From assembly GCA_025201805.1 (NCBI GenBank), contig MU619257.1:164276-228275 (forward strand): a stretch of 64,000 nt of DNA. Reading direction: 5' to 3'. Shown in pieces: positions 51,540-64,000 of this stretch; position 1 is the first letter of the stretch, and every line of letters starts with the position of its first letter. The translations under genes and the position numbers were made by a program. The notes beneath the pieces are model-generated. The model made no database searches. It had not been told where the DNA came from and worked only from the letters and a program-made list of their open reading frames with translations. Source of the DNA: Parasitella parasitica NRRL 2501 (lineage: Eukaryota > Fungi > Mucoromycota).

Positions 51540-51790
51540 TATTACAAAAGAAGCCTTACATCTTCAGTTGATGGATGTCTCTAAAAAACAACAGGATTCT
51601 ACATTGTCATGGATAATCCACAAACTCAAAAAGATAACGCAGAAACATTGATCTTTTCCCCCACTTGCCTGACCTGAATTTGACTGAGAATTTTAGTCCA
51701 CAATTAAAGAAAAGTAAGTTCTTCAGTTGACCTGATAATTTAATGTGTGAGTAGCCGAGACATCCGCTAGTAATTTCTAAAAGTAATCAG
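51540..51790 (+). pseudogene. Decayed Tc1/mariner transposase fragment
   Basis: GFYIVMDNP at 51594 and LPDLNLTENF at about 51665 correspond to the IMDNA and SPELNPIE motifs. Frameshifted. Confidence 0.6.
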
Positions 51791-52257
51791 TTTCACTTGG
51801 CCCTTAAATAACCGACATTTCTTTTTCTAAAATTGCCAATGCACGGTAACATTAATACTGAGAACTATACTACATGATAAAGTGCCAAACAAATCCAAAT
51901 TACTGTAAAAAAAAAAAAAAATCAGGCATCGGATATTGGAATGTATCGTATGGTGAAGGGTCAGATTTTTGGCTCATAATGCCTTGTAAAGAGGATTCCA
52001 AGAGCCTGAAAAATTAAAATTTCAAAAAATATATAATACAATTAAAAGATTAGAGCTTTTCAAAGTATATTTAATCGTCGCAAAAAGTGAAGAATGCAGC
52101 GAAATTGAAGTATCAAGTTTCCCAACCTCACTCAATTTGCATGAAAATGTTTTCTCTAGCCCCATTTGCCTAGTCACGAGCGCAGAGATAACATTTTTGA
52201 CACAACCAGGGTTGATGAGATATTGATTTGTAGCTTTTCTCAAGCAAAAACAACAGA

Positions 52258-52674
52258 ATGGGTGGACCTCGTTTAGAAGTAGTCAAGGTATTTCAAGATA
52301 ATAGTCTACTTGTTTTTGTATAGTAATGCACTTTTTAGTTTGGATTTTATGTATTCTTCCCTGTAGGTGTCATGCTTTATTTTGGTGGACCAGAATTCTA
52401 TGATAGTTATGTAAAAGGGATCAAATTCTGGCCTGATATCAACACCACCTATGTAAGACGAAGATAATATACTCAACCCCCCCCCCCCCCCCCCCCCCCC
52501 CTCCCTCTCTCTCACACACACAGAATTAATTTATATTATTCATATCAGAAACCTCCAACTACTTCAGAAGAAGTGAAAAGTGCTTTGGACAAAATGAAAT
52601 CCGACCGAGAAGATCGCTGGCGAAAGGCACTGGAAGAGAAAAAAAAGAATGAATCGTCCTCATCGACAGAGTAA
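52258..52674 (+). CDS. PET100: Cytochrome c oxidase assembly factor Pet100, 89 aa, 3 exons
   Basis: Exons 52258-52287, 52339-52452, 52549-52674 give MGGPRLEVVKFGFYVFFPVGVMLYFGGPEFY...FWP...PPTTSEEVKSALDKMK. Confidence 0.9.
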
Positions 52675-52720
52675 CACTTTGTATACAATTTTTTATTCAA
52701 ATAAATCAAACAGTATGGTA

Positions 52721-55633
52721 TTACCGTTCAAGCCATAATTTGTTTTTAGACCTCATTAAACGAAAAGCCCCAATGGGAATACGCTGCCATCGACTCAAGT
52801 CTCTTGAATATGTGTCTTCGATTTCAGGTGAAGGCGACTTTGATGACGATCTTGTATATAACTGCGATGTATCTACCAAATCGTCCATTGAAACAGCTGC
52901 TTCCTGATCATCCAGACTGTTGTCAATGTTCATGTCTTCCAATTCACTGACAATGGCTGCAGGTGATGCAGGTGACGCAGGCGTTGAAAACGACGAGGCT
53001 GCCATTGATTGAAGATGACGTTGATTTGCACTTGATCCTAATGAATTGGATCGAGATGATCTTCTCTTTTTGTCACTTTCGAGTCCATGCACCGCTTTTC
53101 TTTTATTGCTGTTGGTCAGATTTTGTATTAATGCTTCCTGAATTTGTTGCTCTAGTGTCGACGTTGAAACTGAAATTGCAGAAAGAGAAGAACCGCTGCC
53201 AGAGGGTTTGGGTAGAATTTGTCTAGATGAATAAATAGGTTTTGCTATGGAGGGCGATGTTGTGGATGTATTATTATGGTTATGAGTAATTGGTGGTGTA
53301 TTAGATTTGGATTGTAGTTTTTCTTGTTTACTTGGTTCTGCTGATTCTTCCGCAATTCTAGTTGATCCTACTCCTTGGAGAATTTCTAGGATTTGATCTT
53401 GCAATTTGGGATCATTTGAAAGTGAAAGCGCTAATTGCGTTGGTAAACTAATAGGTGATTCTTCATCCAGTGCACTGGGTGTTGGTGGTTCTTCCTGCTG
53501 TTTATTCTCCACCTCGTCTATAGGTTCAAGTACCAGTGATAAATCATCAGAAGCAAGCGCTGATAATGCTCGTAAAGCCTCAGACGTTGAAAAATCTTGC
53601 GACCCTCGCATTCGCCGCGCTGCTGATACAGCACTACTGGGAAGGGAGGGCCTTCTTTGGAGAATATCGTTATGTTGTAATGAAGTCTCGGCTGATAAAG
53701 CGCTTAATGCGCTTGTTAATTCAAAAGCTGATAACTGATAGTCTTCTCCTATCACGGGTGTATTGGCACTAGTTGTGATGTCTCCATGCGTATCGCTACT
53801 ATTGTTGTCTCCTACATGCACCAACGCTTGCATAAATGCAGCGGCAATGGTATTGTCTATGTTGCCCTGACTATCCAGCAGTGAGAACAGTGGGTTTGTC
53901 TTGTCGTCATCCACAGAATACATACTAGCTATGTCTTCTTCGCTAGGTGCAGCTGTAGTATAGTCAAATTCTTCTTCCTCCTCCTCTTCAGATGATGATG
54001 ACCAATGACTATTATTGCGAGCATAATATATATGACGCATGTCTTCTTCGTCTTCTTGATCCAGCTCGTCGTATTCATCCTCAACAAACATGCCTCCTTG
54101 ATCATCTAGAATATCGCTATCAACATCGTCTGCTGCTGCTGCTGCTGCTTCTTCCTCTTCTTCTTCGCTGTCTAGCGTCAGTTCGTTGATGATCTTTTGA
54201 GTTTCAACATTTTCGATGTCTTCATCGTCACCGGAATCAAAGTGAATGCTAGATGCATACGGCGACGAACCAACATTGATATCACTGCCGCTCTGATATT
54301 CGTCAGATTCGTCGTCGTCTGTGAAAAACTCTTCGCTGACCAAGAGTGAATTGTCTGATTCGTTTGACGAATGCTCCGAGAGCGGCGACATGGTTTCTAA
54401 TAAACCATCCAAATCATCGAAATCATCTACAATCAACTCTTCGTCTGAGCCCTCCACTTCACTCGCTTCTTCCTCGTCACTTGCTGGATACTTGACAGCC
54501 ATTTTCTTGCCCATGCCCTTTTTCGTGGAAGAGAAAGGAGCCGCTCTTTGATGACTAACATGGGCCATTACCGTTTTGCTTTTGCCTCTTCTGACAGGCG
54601 GCGTGCATTTCTTAGGCACTGTTCTCTTCTTGGGTACTTTCGATTTCGTTTTCTTGGTATCGAGGCCGATCCTTTCTACAACAGCGTCATCGTCAGAGTG
54701 GCTATCTTGGCTGTCGCTTATGCTAATATCACTGTCATCATCGCTATCGTCATTTTTGCTGCGTACTGTCCATGCGTTGTACTTTTTTGCCTTTTTGCTT
54801 GGAATTGCTTTGCTGGATTTCTTGGGCACAGGGATATCTATAGAGAACAGCATCAGTATTTTCATACTAGTGAAATTATTTATTCAACTCACAGATTTTG
54901 GTCTGTATTTTATTCTGTATTGGCTGCTGCTTTTGTTGTGGAGGCGATGTAGGCGGAGGAGGAGGAGGAGGAGTGGGGAGATTGGAAGCTGCAGTAACAT
55001 CTTGAATATTGCATGTACAATCGCCATCACATAAAACACAAATGTCGTCCAGCTCTTCGTCCTCGTCATCCTGGATCGATGGCTTTGTGTTGACAGGTGT
55101 AGGCTGAGGCGGTGTAGGCGGCGGTCGTGCTGCTACAGACAAGACAACAACTGCTTTCTTGTTCTTTGACGGAGGTGGGGGTGGTATTGATGTTTTTCCT
55201 GCGCTGACTGGTTTTCTTTTACTTGAGCAAGACGAACAAGCGTAATGATAGCTGACAGAATTTGGCTTCAATCCTACACAAGCTCCATGGAACCATTCTA
55301 TGAAAAAAAAAAAAAAAAAGGTTAGTTGACCTGTACTGCTTGGCAATTGCCCACAGATCAATGACGGTTACCTTTGCAGTCTTCGCATTCAATCATGAAC
55401 TCCTTGCCATCGTACCCTTTGCGACAGATGCAGTATTTATGGGTGTCTTTTTTAGCTGCTTTCCTCTTCTTTTTCGGTTTCGCTTTGGGCTTATTAGCAG
55501 ACTTTTTTATGTTACGGCGGCCCTTTGCTTCTGGTAAGTCTGAATCTGACGACAAAGACGAAGCGTCTGAAAGTTGCAATGAAAGATCTGAATCAGACTG
55601 TAATTTGTCAACCTGTACTGATGCTTTACTCAT
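52721..55633 (-). CDS. PHD-finger protein with long acidic region (3 exons)
   Basis: Spliced PHD: YCICRKGYDGKEFMIECEDCK|EWFHGACVGL...YACSSC. Also CVLCDGDCTC, D/E-rich tracts and C-terminal RWQRIPIGAFR. Confidence 0.85.
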
Positions 55634-56704
55634 ATATTTTTTTCTGGTATATTAGATAGGAAAACTGTATTTCCAAGCGTTGATTCTTCAATAAATAGAT
55701 GCAATGTAAAGAATAAACGACAATGTCTATGTGTTTTATGATAAAGCTAAAGAAAGCTGAAACTTTCAAGAAAATATTTTGCGGCACTAAATGGTGAACA
55801 TTTTACCTGACTGTCAAAAGATGTCTCAATCCACTCGCCTCAGATCAGTTTTGATAACATTGGGCGTCTTTAATTAATTGGACATTGCCAGGTGCTTCAT
55901 CAAATCAAGCTATTTGAATCGAATGGAGCCTGTGCTGCAACGTTGTCTCTCACGTATACATACTTTATTAGCATGTCTGTTTTTCCAAATGTGTTGTTGT
56001 AAGCGACTATTGATTATTGTACGTAATCTTTCCAAGACATAAAGTGCGTATTATATGTATATATATATTATATATTTCAAACAAGCTCCTGCTACTTTTT
56101 TTTGGAGTGAATTCGAATACAAGCAGCAATATCTGTTGTTCTACAAAGCCTAATTATTCCTCGATTGTGAGAAATTATAAACGAAATGCTAATATTGTGC
56201 ATTGTATCCTAGAATTTAGTTCTGGGAAACAAGGGTTTTAAGAAACCCTCCTGGTGTAAAATATCCAAGTACAACACCATACTTAACACAACACTTGAAG
56301 CTGTATTTCGCCCTGGCTAGTGGGATGGCGGTATGCAAGGTAGGTAATAAATATATCCTCTGTATGTAGACATCAGAAGAGAGATCCCGCAGAATGTGCA
56401 TAATTCAAAGATCACGTAGATTAGTATACCTTTTGACAGACCATTTACTCTTGTACACAAACATCGTGTGTATAATGCTCTGAAAACCAGTATTTCATTT
56501 TATACAAACTTGCGGCATACATGGTTACTCTTTATCGAGATTCACGTAAATATATATTTATTCAACGTTCAAGTAGTTGCACAACAAAAGGAACGTTTCG
56601 AAAACAAGAAATGAAAAAGTGATTTGGGTAATGTAAAACTGAGATGAAAGCAATAATTCAAGTGAGGGTATAATAGAGGCGTTAGTACAGGTGGTTTTTG
56701 TTTG

Positions 56705-58657
56705 TCAAGCGCTGAACGTTTGGGGGATAGTTGCATTATTTATCATTGTCATGAATTGATCTAAAGCCAAGAAAAAGATCAGTATGCTAACCTGAGACGT
56801 GAACGTAGAAACAAGCCTACCTAGCGGTAAATCACTATCTAGCAAGTCCAGTTGTCCATGGTCCAGTCGTGGGATTGATGATGCACTTTGATCCAGCATT
56901 TTGTCATCATCTTCCTCAATGGCAAACATTTCTATGCATTGCTCTTGTTGGTAGATATCGTCTAGATGCTGCTGATCGTCTTTATGCAAGAACTCTTCAT
57001 CGACGACTTGCTGAACTTGCTCGGCTTGCTCCTGTGTTGCAGGTTCAGGAAAATAGTCTGCATATCGCTCACGCTCAATGTACATTTGCTTTCTCTGCGC
57101 CATCAAATCAATCATCTTTTTCCCAAGCGTTACCATAATTTCGGCAGTATTGTCCATACGCTTGTGCTTATGATTGGGACACAGGAACCAATACTTTTTG
57201 AAAAAGTTTGGAGGCACAAACCACGAGTCAGTGTTACCCAACTCACCACCAAGAAAGACTGAGCTTTCTGCTAAATAGCCAAACAGCTCATTGGCATCAT
57301 AAAAGTCTTGAAACAGAATCATATGGTCTCTTAAAGCAGCTCCAGGAACAACATCGATACGCGTATCATGTCGAATCATTCGTTGCAGTTCAGCTATCAC
57401 ATACATTTAAAGTGTGAGTGAATTTCCAAAGCTTTTTTTTTTTTTTTTTTTCGAATGCGTGTTGTAAGACTTACTCGGTGTGAATAACGCCTTTGCGTTT
57501 GAATCCAAGTTTTTCACTGCTCTCATCTGCTGAATGGCATCCACTGGCGTCATTGGTGGAAAGATCTTCTTATCATTGCTATTAGAATGGGACCAAGAAG
57601 AGGAACTGTCGTCTGCACCCGCGGTATCGACAAATTCAGTAACAGAACGAATAAGTCCAGTTTTAGCGTCAATCATAAGCTCGTCTTCTTGTTGCACAGG
57701 CGATTGCTGTTTAATATTGTTTGGTCTAGGACTAGGTGTGTTACTCTGATGTTCACTACTGGGAAAGTTGCTAGTCGATGGTGCATGATGTGTCGTACAA
57801 GGCTGCTGATGATGAACACCAACTAAATCTGTATTGAGCAACTGCTGGAAAAACGGTGTTTCCAAATGACTAGCCAGCTGGGGAGCAATAGCAGACAGTG
57901 TGTCGTTGTCGAACTCATTGTCACCAGTGATGTGATAGCTGGTTGCATGGCTAGCATTGTCAAAATCAGAGGCATATGAGAAAGCCCCAGGACTTGCAGC
58001 AGTGCTAGAAGAGGACGATGACAAAGGGCTGTGGGGAAATCCATCTTGTTCGACCAAATAGGAGCTGGAAGCAGCAGGAGACGAACACGACAATATAGAC
58101 GATGGAGGCAAGTCTTTGTCGTTCATTGCGCTGCTTTCATTTTGCAGTGATTGCTGCAGCAATGATGCGTGCTGATCAATGCTAATAATGTTCATCTTGC
58201 TGTCCAAAAACACTTCCAGTTGCTGAGGCACACCTTTGGTTTTTGAGAAAGTCAATTCATCAGAGCCAATTTCGTCTGTTGCACCTGTATCCCAGAATTT
58301 TGGAACCTGCACCTGATTCGCAACACACGCCATCTTCAATGTCAAAGCGTAGCCTTTCAAATAGTTTGCTTCAAATTGTAGCTCTTCCACTCGTCGTTTC
58401 AAACGACGCAGCTCCCTCAGCGCTTGGTCGCGAGCAAAGATGCACTGCATGACCGTAGACTCGGCCTCTCTCATTTCCCTCCGTTTTCTTTCACGGAATG
58501 CTCGCTGAGCAGCTCTGTTTTGAGCTTTTCTTTGAGCAGGAGATGGTGGATTGGGCTTTCTTCCAGGCTTCTTGCGGGGTCTTATGGGCCGACCATTCTC
58601 ATCCAAATTTCCCAGTTCAAATTCAGGGTCAAAATGTTCGAATGATAAATCTGACAT
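56705..58657 (-). CDS. AP-1/Yap-type bZIP transcription factor with DUF3425-like C-terminal domain
   Basis: RKKPGRKPNPPSPAQRKAQNRAAQRAFRERK plus leucine zipper. RHDTRIDVVPGAALRDHMIL...DSWFVPPNFFKKYWFL. Confidence 0.88.
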
Positions 58658-59129
58658 GATATGCGCGCAAAGAATGGTTTTAATTAATTAAATTTTAAGG
58701 GGGGAGGGAGGGAGGGAGATCAAAGGGAATTTAGAGCAAAGAAGAAGAAGCAAAAGATTAAAACAAAGAGTAGAAATACAAAGGGGGAAGGGATTATACA
58801 ATATATCTGTCCCTTTATATATGTATAAAATGCAAAAAAAAAAAAATGATGGGGGATCCTAATGTCCAGAGCTAGTTTCCCACTGCTAAAGTCCAAGAAA
58901 TAGTATGCGGTATAGCGCCAATATTATAGTTGAATGAATGTCGATCTAAATCATTCTCTGACATGTGGGCAACCCCACGTCTCTCTCTATTAAATCACAT
59001 GTAACACACTTGAAGTGGGTGATACGTAATGAAAGTGAAGATACTATCCATTTCCTCTTTTGGTCATATCAAAAAAAAATCAATATTATCCCCTGTGTGT
59101 CTGTGAGTGCACATAACATTGGATTCAGA

Positions 59130-59138
59130 TATATAAAG
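59130..59138 (+). promoter_or_regulatory. TATA box of the secreted Cys-rich gene
   Basis: TATATAAAG about 60 bp upstream of the ATG at 59198. Confidence 0.55.
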
Positions 59139-59197
59139 AGGCACAAATTCTTGGGAGCATTATCTGTTTCTCTTGTTCATCACACAACAACAGCACT

Positions 59198-59916
59198 ATG
59201 AAAGTCTCGTCTGCAATCGTTTTATGTCTCGGTTTCCTTGTAGCTTCTTGCTCTGCCGCCTGCAACTGCAAGCCCACGGATCAAGCCTGCTTGGACAAAT
59301 GTGGTAAATAAAATGACACATAAATTATGGTTATATTTGGAAATTCATTTCGATTCATTTGTAACAATAGTCATTGCCGCAAATAGCTGTATTGTGAAAT
59401 GTGAAAATCAGGGCAATTCATGTCAGGAAGCGTGTATTACTTCAAATTGGTAAAAGCTGGAGATATCTTGGTTTTTACCAAATGGAATACTTACGACTCT
59501 TTTAGGCCCTCTGCCATGCCAAAGGCTCATAAGGACGTATTGGCCCCCAGTTCTGACGCCGCCGCTACCGGCACAGCCTCTAGCATATCCGGCACTATGT
59601 CAGCTACTGCGTCCATCTCAGGTAAGGTTTATTGTTTTACTTGAGGTCTTTTGGCTAATTCATATACGCACATATTATTACTATAGCCTCTGTATCGACC
59701 TATCCTAGCACTCTCAGCGGTGGTTCAACCGTCATGATTACATCTACCATGTCTTCTAAACCAAGCAGCAGTCTGGCAGGAGGAAGGAGCACTGGGTCTA
59801 CTGTCCCCAAAAACAACATTGATAACACAAATGCAAGTGCATCCAACAAACAAGCCATCTTTGGCTGGTCTTTTGCTATTGCCGGCGTCGCAGGTGTAGC
59901 CTCTTGGATGGTTTAA
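59198..59916 (+). CDS. Small secreted Cys-rich, Ser/Thr-rich, probably GPI-anchored cell-surface protein (4 exons)
   Basis: Signal peptide MKVSSAIVLCLGFLVASCSA, 8-Cys domain CNC-x6-C-x3-C-x6-C-x3-C-x6-C-x3-C, S/T stalk, NASAS followed by a hydrophobic C-terminus (IFGWSFAIAGVAGVASWMV*). Confidence 0.8.
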
Positions 59917-60568
59917 GACGAGCCGAAAAGAAGCAAAAAGAAGCAAAAAAAAAAAAAAACCACCTGCAAAAATAGTTCATCCGATTTTCATCACTTTGCA
60001 TTTATCATTACATACACTTTTTTCTATATGGGAAATGTCTCATAAGCGAGAAAACTGGCCCCTTTTTCTTCATTTTTATCAATAAAAAAACCGTACCTTC
60101 ACTCTCTCACTCGTATTCAGCACTAGTTGCGAGGCTCGTGTTTAGGGAAATCGATCTACGTGGTTGGCAAAGGAACCAGATGGAGGGCATATGGTACAAT
60201 TCACTTGAGAATTTGCGGGGAAATAGTCTACTCTCGTGTAACTCTGATTGTGATTTGCGCTATAGGCCAACCAGTGAGCCATGGCTGCAACATTGTAGAT
60301 GGACGAGTGTGTATGCCTACAGACATGCAGCAAATAACAGACGCTGCATCTAATTGAAGTTCCATTAGCATTGGACAACACGACACAGATTGGACAAATA
60401 GAACCCCATATTTTTAAGCTTTTTGCATTATTATAAAGATCCTTCACGTGTGATTCGATCAACTTGGCAACCCGTGTTCCCCTTTTTCTCTCTTTCTTTT
60501 AGCTTTTTTTTTTGTTTTTCTCACTCGCTTTTATTGCCCCTGTACTAAAGCAAAAAAAAAAAAAAAAG

Positions 60569-60649
60569 ATGGATCTTTTTGGACGCCAAGTAACGGATGA
60601 TTTCCCGCATTTCTCAGAATCAAACAAGGGCAAATGGTATCACAATCAT

Positions 60650-60680
<31 letters not shown>

Positions 60681-61997
60681 TCCATCTTCAACAGGGTGCT
60701 TACAACGCTAATTCACTAGGCGCTATTTATGTCAGCAATATACCATTGATGGCGCACTCATCACAACAGCAGCAAACACCCCAGCCGCAATTGGATGAAC
60801 ATGGCCAGCCTATCAAGGTCAGAAAAAAGCCAGGCAGAAAGCCAAATCCAGCATCTCCAGCTCTGAGAAAGGCACAGAACCGAGCTGCCCAGAGAGCATT
60901 CCGTGAGCGGAAAGAAAGGCATTTAAAGGACCTGGAGGGCACAATACGGCAGATGAGAGAACAACGAAATAGCGCTGTGAAAGAGCTGAATCAGACCAAA
61001 AGTAAAATGGACGCATACCGTGCAGAGAACTGGTATTTAAAAGGCGTCGTTCTTACATTGCAGTTTGTTTGTCTTCATCACAACATTCATATACCGACTC
61101 ATTCACCCTACTTGACCGAGGAAGCATTGAGCGAGATGGCAAAGACAACTCCTCATGCGATCGAAGCTTATGTAAACGCCTATACCAGAAACAACATCAA
61201 TCTAAAGCCAACGATGGCTGCGCATTTTGCCAACTCATCTACCAATCAAGTGGACTCGCCAGAACAGCCGAAATACGACGATGCGGATGAGGACAACCAA
61301 GACGACGCGGATATGCTGGATGAAAACAGCCAAGATGAGCAGGGCGACGATTACAATGAGCAGACAGGACCTGAATCTGCCACAGATTATCGAAGGGGCT
61401 CCAGCCTATCAGAGGATGCGCCTTATCATGTCAAGTTGGAAGACAAAGAAGACGATGAAACCACGTTACAGTGGCTCAAACAGCACAAGGAAAAAGCGAA
61501 ATTAAAAGACCAAGCCGAAAAGGACACGGAAGAGGCTGCTTTGAACAAAGACAACACAGCAGGACTAGAGGACAATGGCAAGCAGCCCAACCCATCGAGT
61601 ATTAGCGCCATTCAGCGCATTCGGCTGCAGCTGCGAGTACAATCAACCATTTCCAACATTGGCAAATCTGCTGCACGCTTACAGCCCACTATTTTGCAGC
61701 TAGCTATACCTCACGACCCTCGGATAGACTTGATCCCAACGCCTCACATGAGGGACCGAATGATCATTTTTCGAGATCAAATGGACTACGACCGTTGCTT
61801 TGCCATGTTACTGACCGGGGCACTCTACCACGGTGGCGATCCGACCATGAGCGCAAGTTGGGAGCTGCCCGCTGAATTCTTTTCAGAGTTTTGGTATTTA
61901 GCCATAAATTACGATATCAATCGCACCAACACATGGAGACGCTCGAAAGGGATGCCAGAGATAGTCCCTACTACTAATAATAATACTACTACTACTG

Positions 61998-62030
<33 letters not shown>

Positions 62031-62540
62031 GCGCCACAGCTTCAACAGACAACCTTGAATCGCAGCAAAATTGGAATGAAACAGCACCACCACAGCCACC
62101 AACCGCCATTTTCATACAGCAGCAGCAGCAGCAGCGGCAAGATGCACAAACATCACCCCTGCCCAGCAGCAGCGACTCTGTATGGACAGATGATGTGTTT
62201 GCTCAAATGACAGCTGGCATGCCTACTCTTCAGCCCTTGGATTCTAATCATTTGTCAAGTGGATTTGATTTTGGGTCACCACCAGCCAACATGTTTGATG
62301 GGTTCCTTTTACATCGCACTAATGCTGCTTTGTCACCAAATGGTTTCCCTGACGATACAACATCGCATCCCATGTTTGAACAGCTTATGGGCGCGCTTCC
62401 AGATGCAAGACATGAAACATCCCCAAGCATAAGTAAGCTTTTTGTATGTCTGTGCTCCATTTACAGCTTATTAAATCCTTTAATACATAGGTACAATGAT
62501 GGATCTCATGCACTCATTATCAACGGATATGAACTCGTAA
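60569..62540 (+). CDS. Second AP-1/Yap-type bZIP factor with DUF3425-like domain (2 exons)
   Basis: RKKPGRKPNPASPALRKAQNRAAQRAFRERK and IPHDPRIDLIPTPHMRDRMI...SWELPAEFF. Intron 62433-62490, then STMMDLMHSLSTDMNS* at 62540. Confidence 0.88.
61969..62030 (+). repeat. (ACT)n/(AAT)n microsatellite encoding poly-Thr/Asn
   Basis: Read directly from the sequence. Confidence 0.9.
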
Positions 62541-62542
62541 AA

Positions 62543-62792
62543 NNNNNNNNNNNNNNNNNNNNNNNNNNNNNNNNNNNNNNNNNNNNNNNNNNNNNNNNNN
62601 NNNNNNNNNNNNNNNNNNNNNNNNNNNNNNNNNNNNNNNNNNNNNNNNNNNNNNNNNNNNNNNNNNNNNNNNNNNNNNNNNNNNNNNNNNNNNNNNNNNN
62701 NNNNNNNNNNNNNNNNNNNNNNNNNNNNNNNNNNNNNNNNNNNNNNNNNNNNNNNNNNNNNNNNNNNNNNNNNNNNNNNNNNNNNNNNNNNN
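62543..62792. other. Assembly gap (250 N)
   Basis: Run of N. Confidence 1.
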
Positions 62793-64000
62793 AAGTTTGG
62801 AACAAGTACGAATAAACTTTTTAGACTGAAAGTGCTAATTTTCAGACAAACACATTCAAGTGTACAACTTGTTTATTCAAGCAGAAGAACGGCCGTTGTT
62901 GGGAGTCATAGAACGGAAGATCTAGTCGGTTGGTTATTATGGCCACACAAAAGTCAACACTGCTGCCAAGTCTGTTTCATCGTCTACGAGAGGGAGCCAT
63001 CATTTTGGGGTCCTTGCATATGGTGAAAAGAGGTTATTCAATTAGCTGTTTGGAGCATTCTAGTGATCCATAACTCTCTAAAAAATTCTCAGCGATTATT
63101 ATAGCAGCCTCTAACCAATCAGTTCATAAATAAAACTTTTTCATAAAACAGAAACAAGCTGATATTGGCATCAATTTACAATAGTTGTTTTGCATTCATT
63201 AATTTATCCAAAAGGTCTAAACCCAGCAATGGGGTTCAAGGCATTCGTTTTTGCTACCAAATTTTTCAACAGCATCTTCGTTGGTGGCTGTTTCATTGTC
63301 GTCTTAAACATGGACCAGATATGCCATTCCATAACTTTCTATTCTTGACAGCATCACATTTCCCAAGCAAGTTTGCAATTGACGTTTGTTTTCTTCACAG
63401 CCTCAAAGAAGGGTTTATCAGCTTTTGCCGAATAAAAGAAAAATATCACTTTCAATTCTTGACCGATTAGATGTTGTAAAGCAAAGTTCGTTCGTTTGTT
63501 CTTTCTTTCTTTTTTTTTTCTTAACAGCTGAATATTGCAAACTTTTCTAATGTTACAGTGCATTCCTTGTGCCACTTTTATTTGATCTGACAGGCGTTTT
63601 TGTGGACTTGGTAAAGGAACTCGAGAAACCAAATATGGATTTCAATCACAGGACCAGCTCAGTTCAGTCCTTGATTGAAAATAACGTTAGAAAGAAATAC
63701 AGATTCTAAATGTGTCTTTTCCGTAATTAACCAACATTAGGGCTCCCTATGTACAGTGGCGTCTCCTACTTTTATTAACCTTGCAGATATGTCCTGGCTT
63801 CCCTTTGTTTCAGGTTTGCTCAACACCAGTTTTGCACAAGTCCCAAGTACACATCATCATGAAATCATTCAGGTATAGAGGACACACATAAGCTACATGG
63901 GATGCAGCTCCACGCCAACTTTATTGTGAATCTGCACTTGACATATGACCATCCATGGCAGTAACCGGCTCTTGAATTTGTTTTCTGCATTTATTACTAG

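Noticed and set aside
60512-62815. 767-aa ORF reading through the N gap
   Set aside because: Artefact of translating Ns; a GT-AG intron at 62433-62490 gives a stop at 62540.
62800-64000. Gene at the right end of the window
   Set aside because: Only short interrupted frames without recognisable motifs; possibly decayed transposon sequence.

Overview
Eukaryotic, AT-rich, intron-containing genomic DNA. Short GT-AG introns, gene content and transposon types point to a Mucorales fungus (Mucor-like; inference). The window holds about 22 host genes: a ThrE/Prm10-like transporter end, DBP8, a secreted Cu/Zn SOD, D-amino-acid oxidase, an AVT3/4-like transporter, DOA10, an AROM-derived gene, ADA3, ARPC3, a SET protein, an HMMR-like coiled coil, TOM5, RGP1, a PH protein, PET100, a PHD protein, two bZIP-DUF3425 factors, a GPI-type Cys-rich protein and several hypotheticals. 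It also holds one tRNA-Ser(AGA), two assembly gaps and a transposon-rich island at about 6.3-17.7 kb. The island contains a LINE remnant, a 3-copy 89-bp repeat array, a large DDE-type transposase with a DEDDy 3'-5' exonuclease nested inside its catalytic core, an intact DD34E Tc1/mariner element, and a stack of solo-LTR-like cassettes whose anchoring sequence recurs at about 50.6-51.4 kb. Most notable: (1) a 766-aa 'mini-AROM' with only DHQ synthase and type I dehydroquinase; (2) the exonuclease-containing transposase with its upstream repeat array; (3) the apparently polarised, TSD-less stacking of LTR-like cassettes next to a conserved double-hairpin sequence. Exon boundaries were read by eye; family names come from motif recognition, not database searches.
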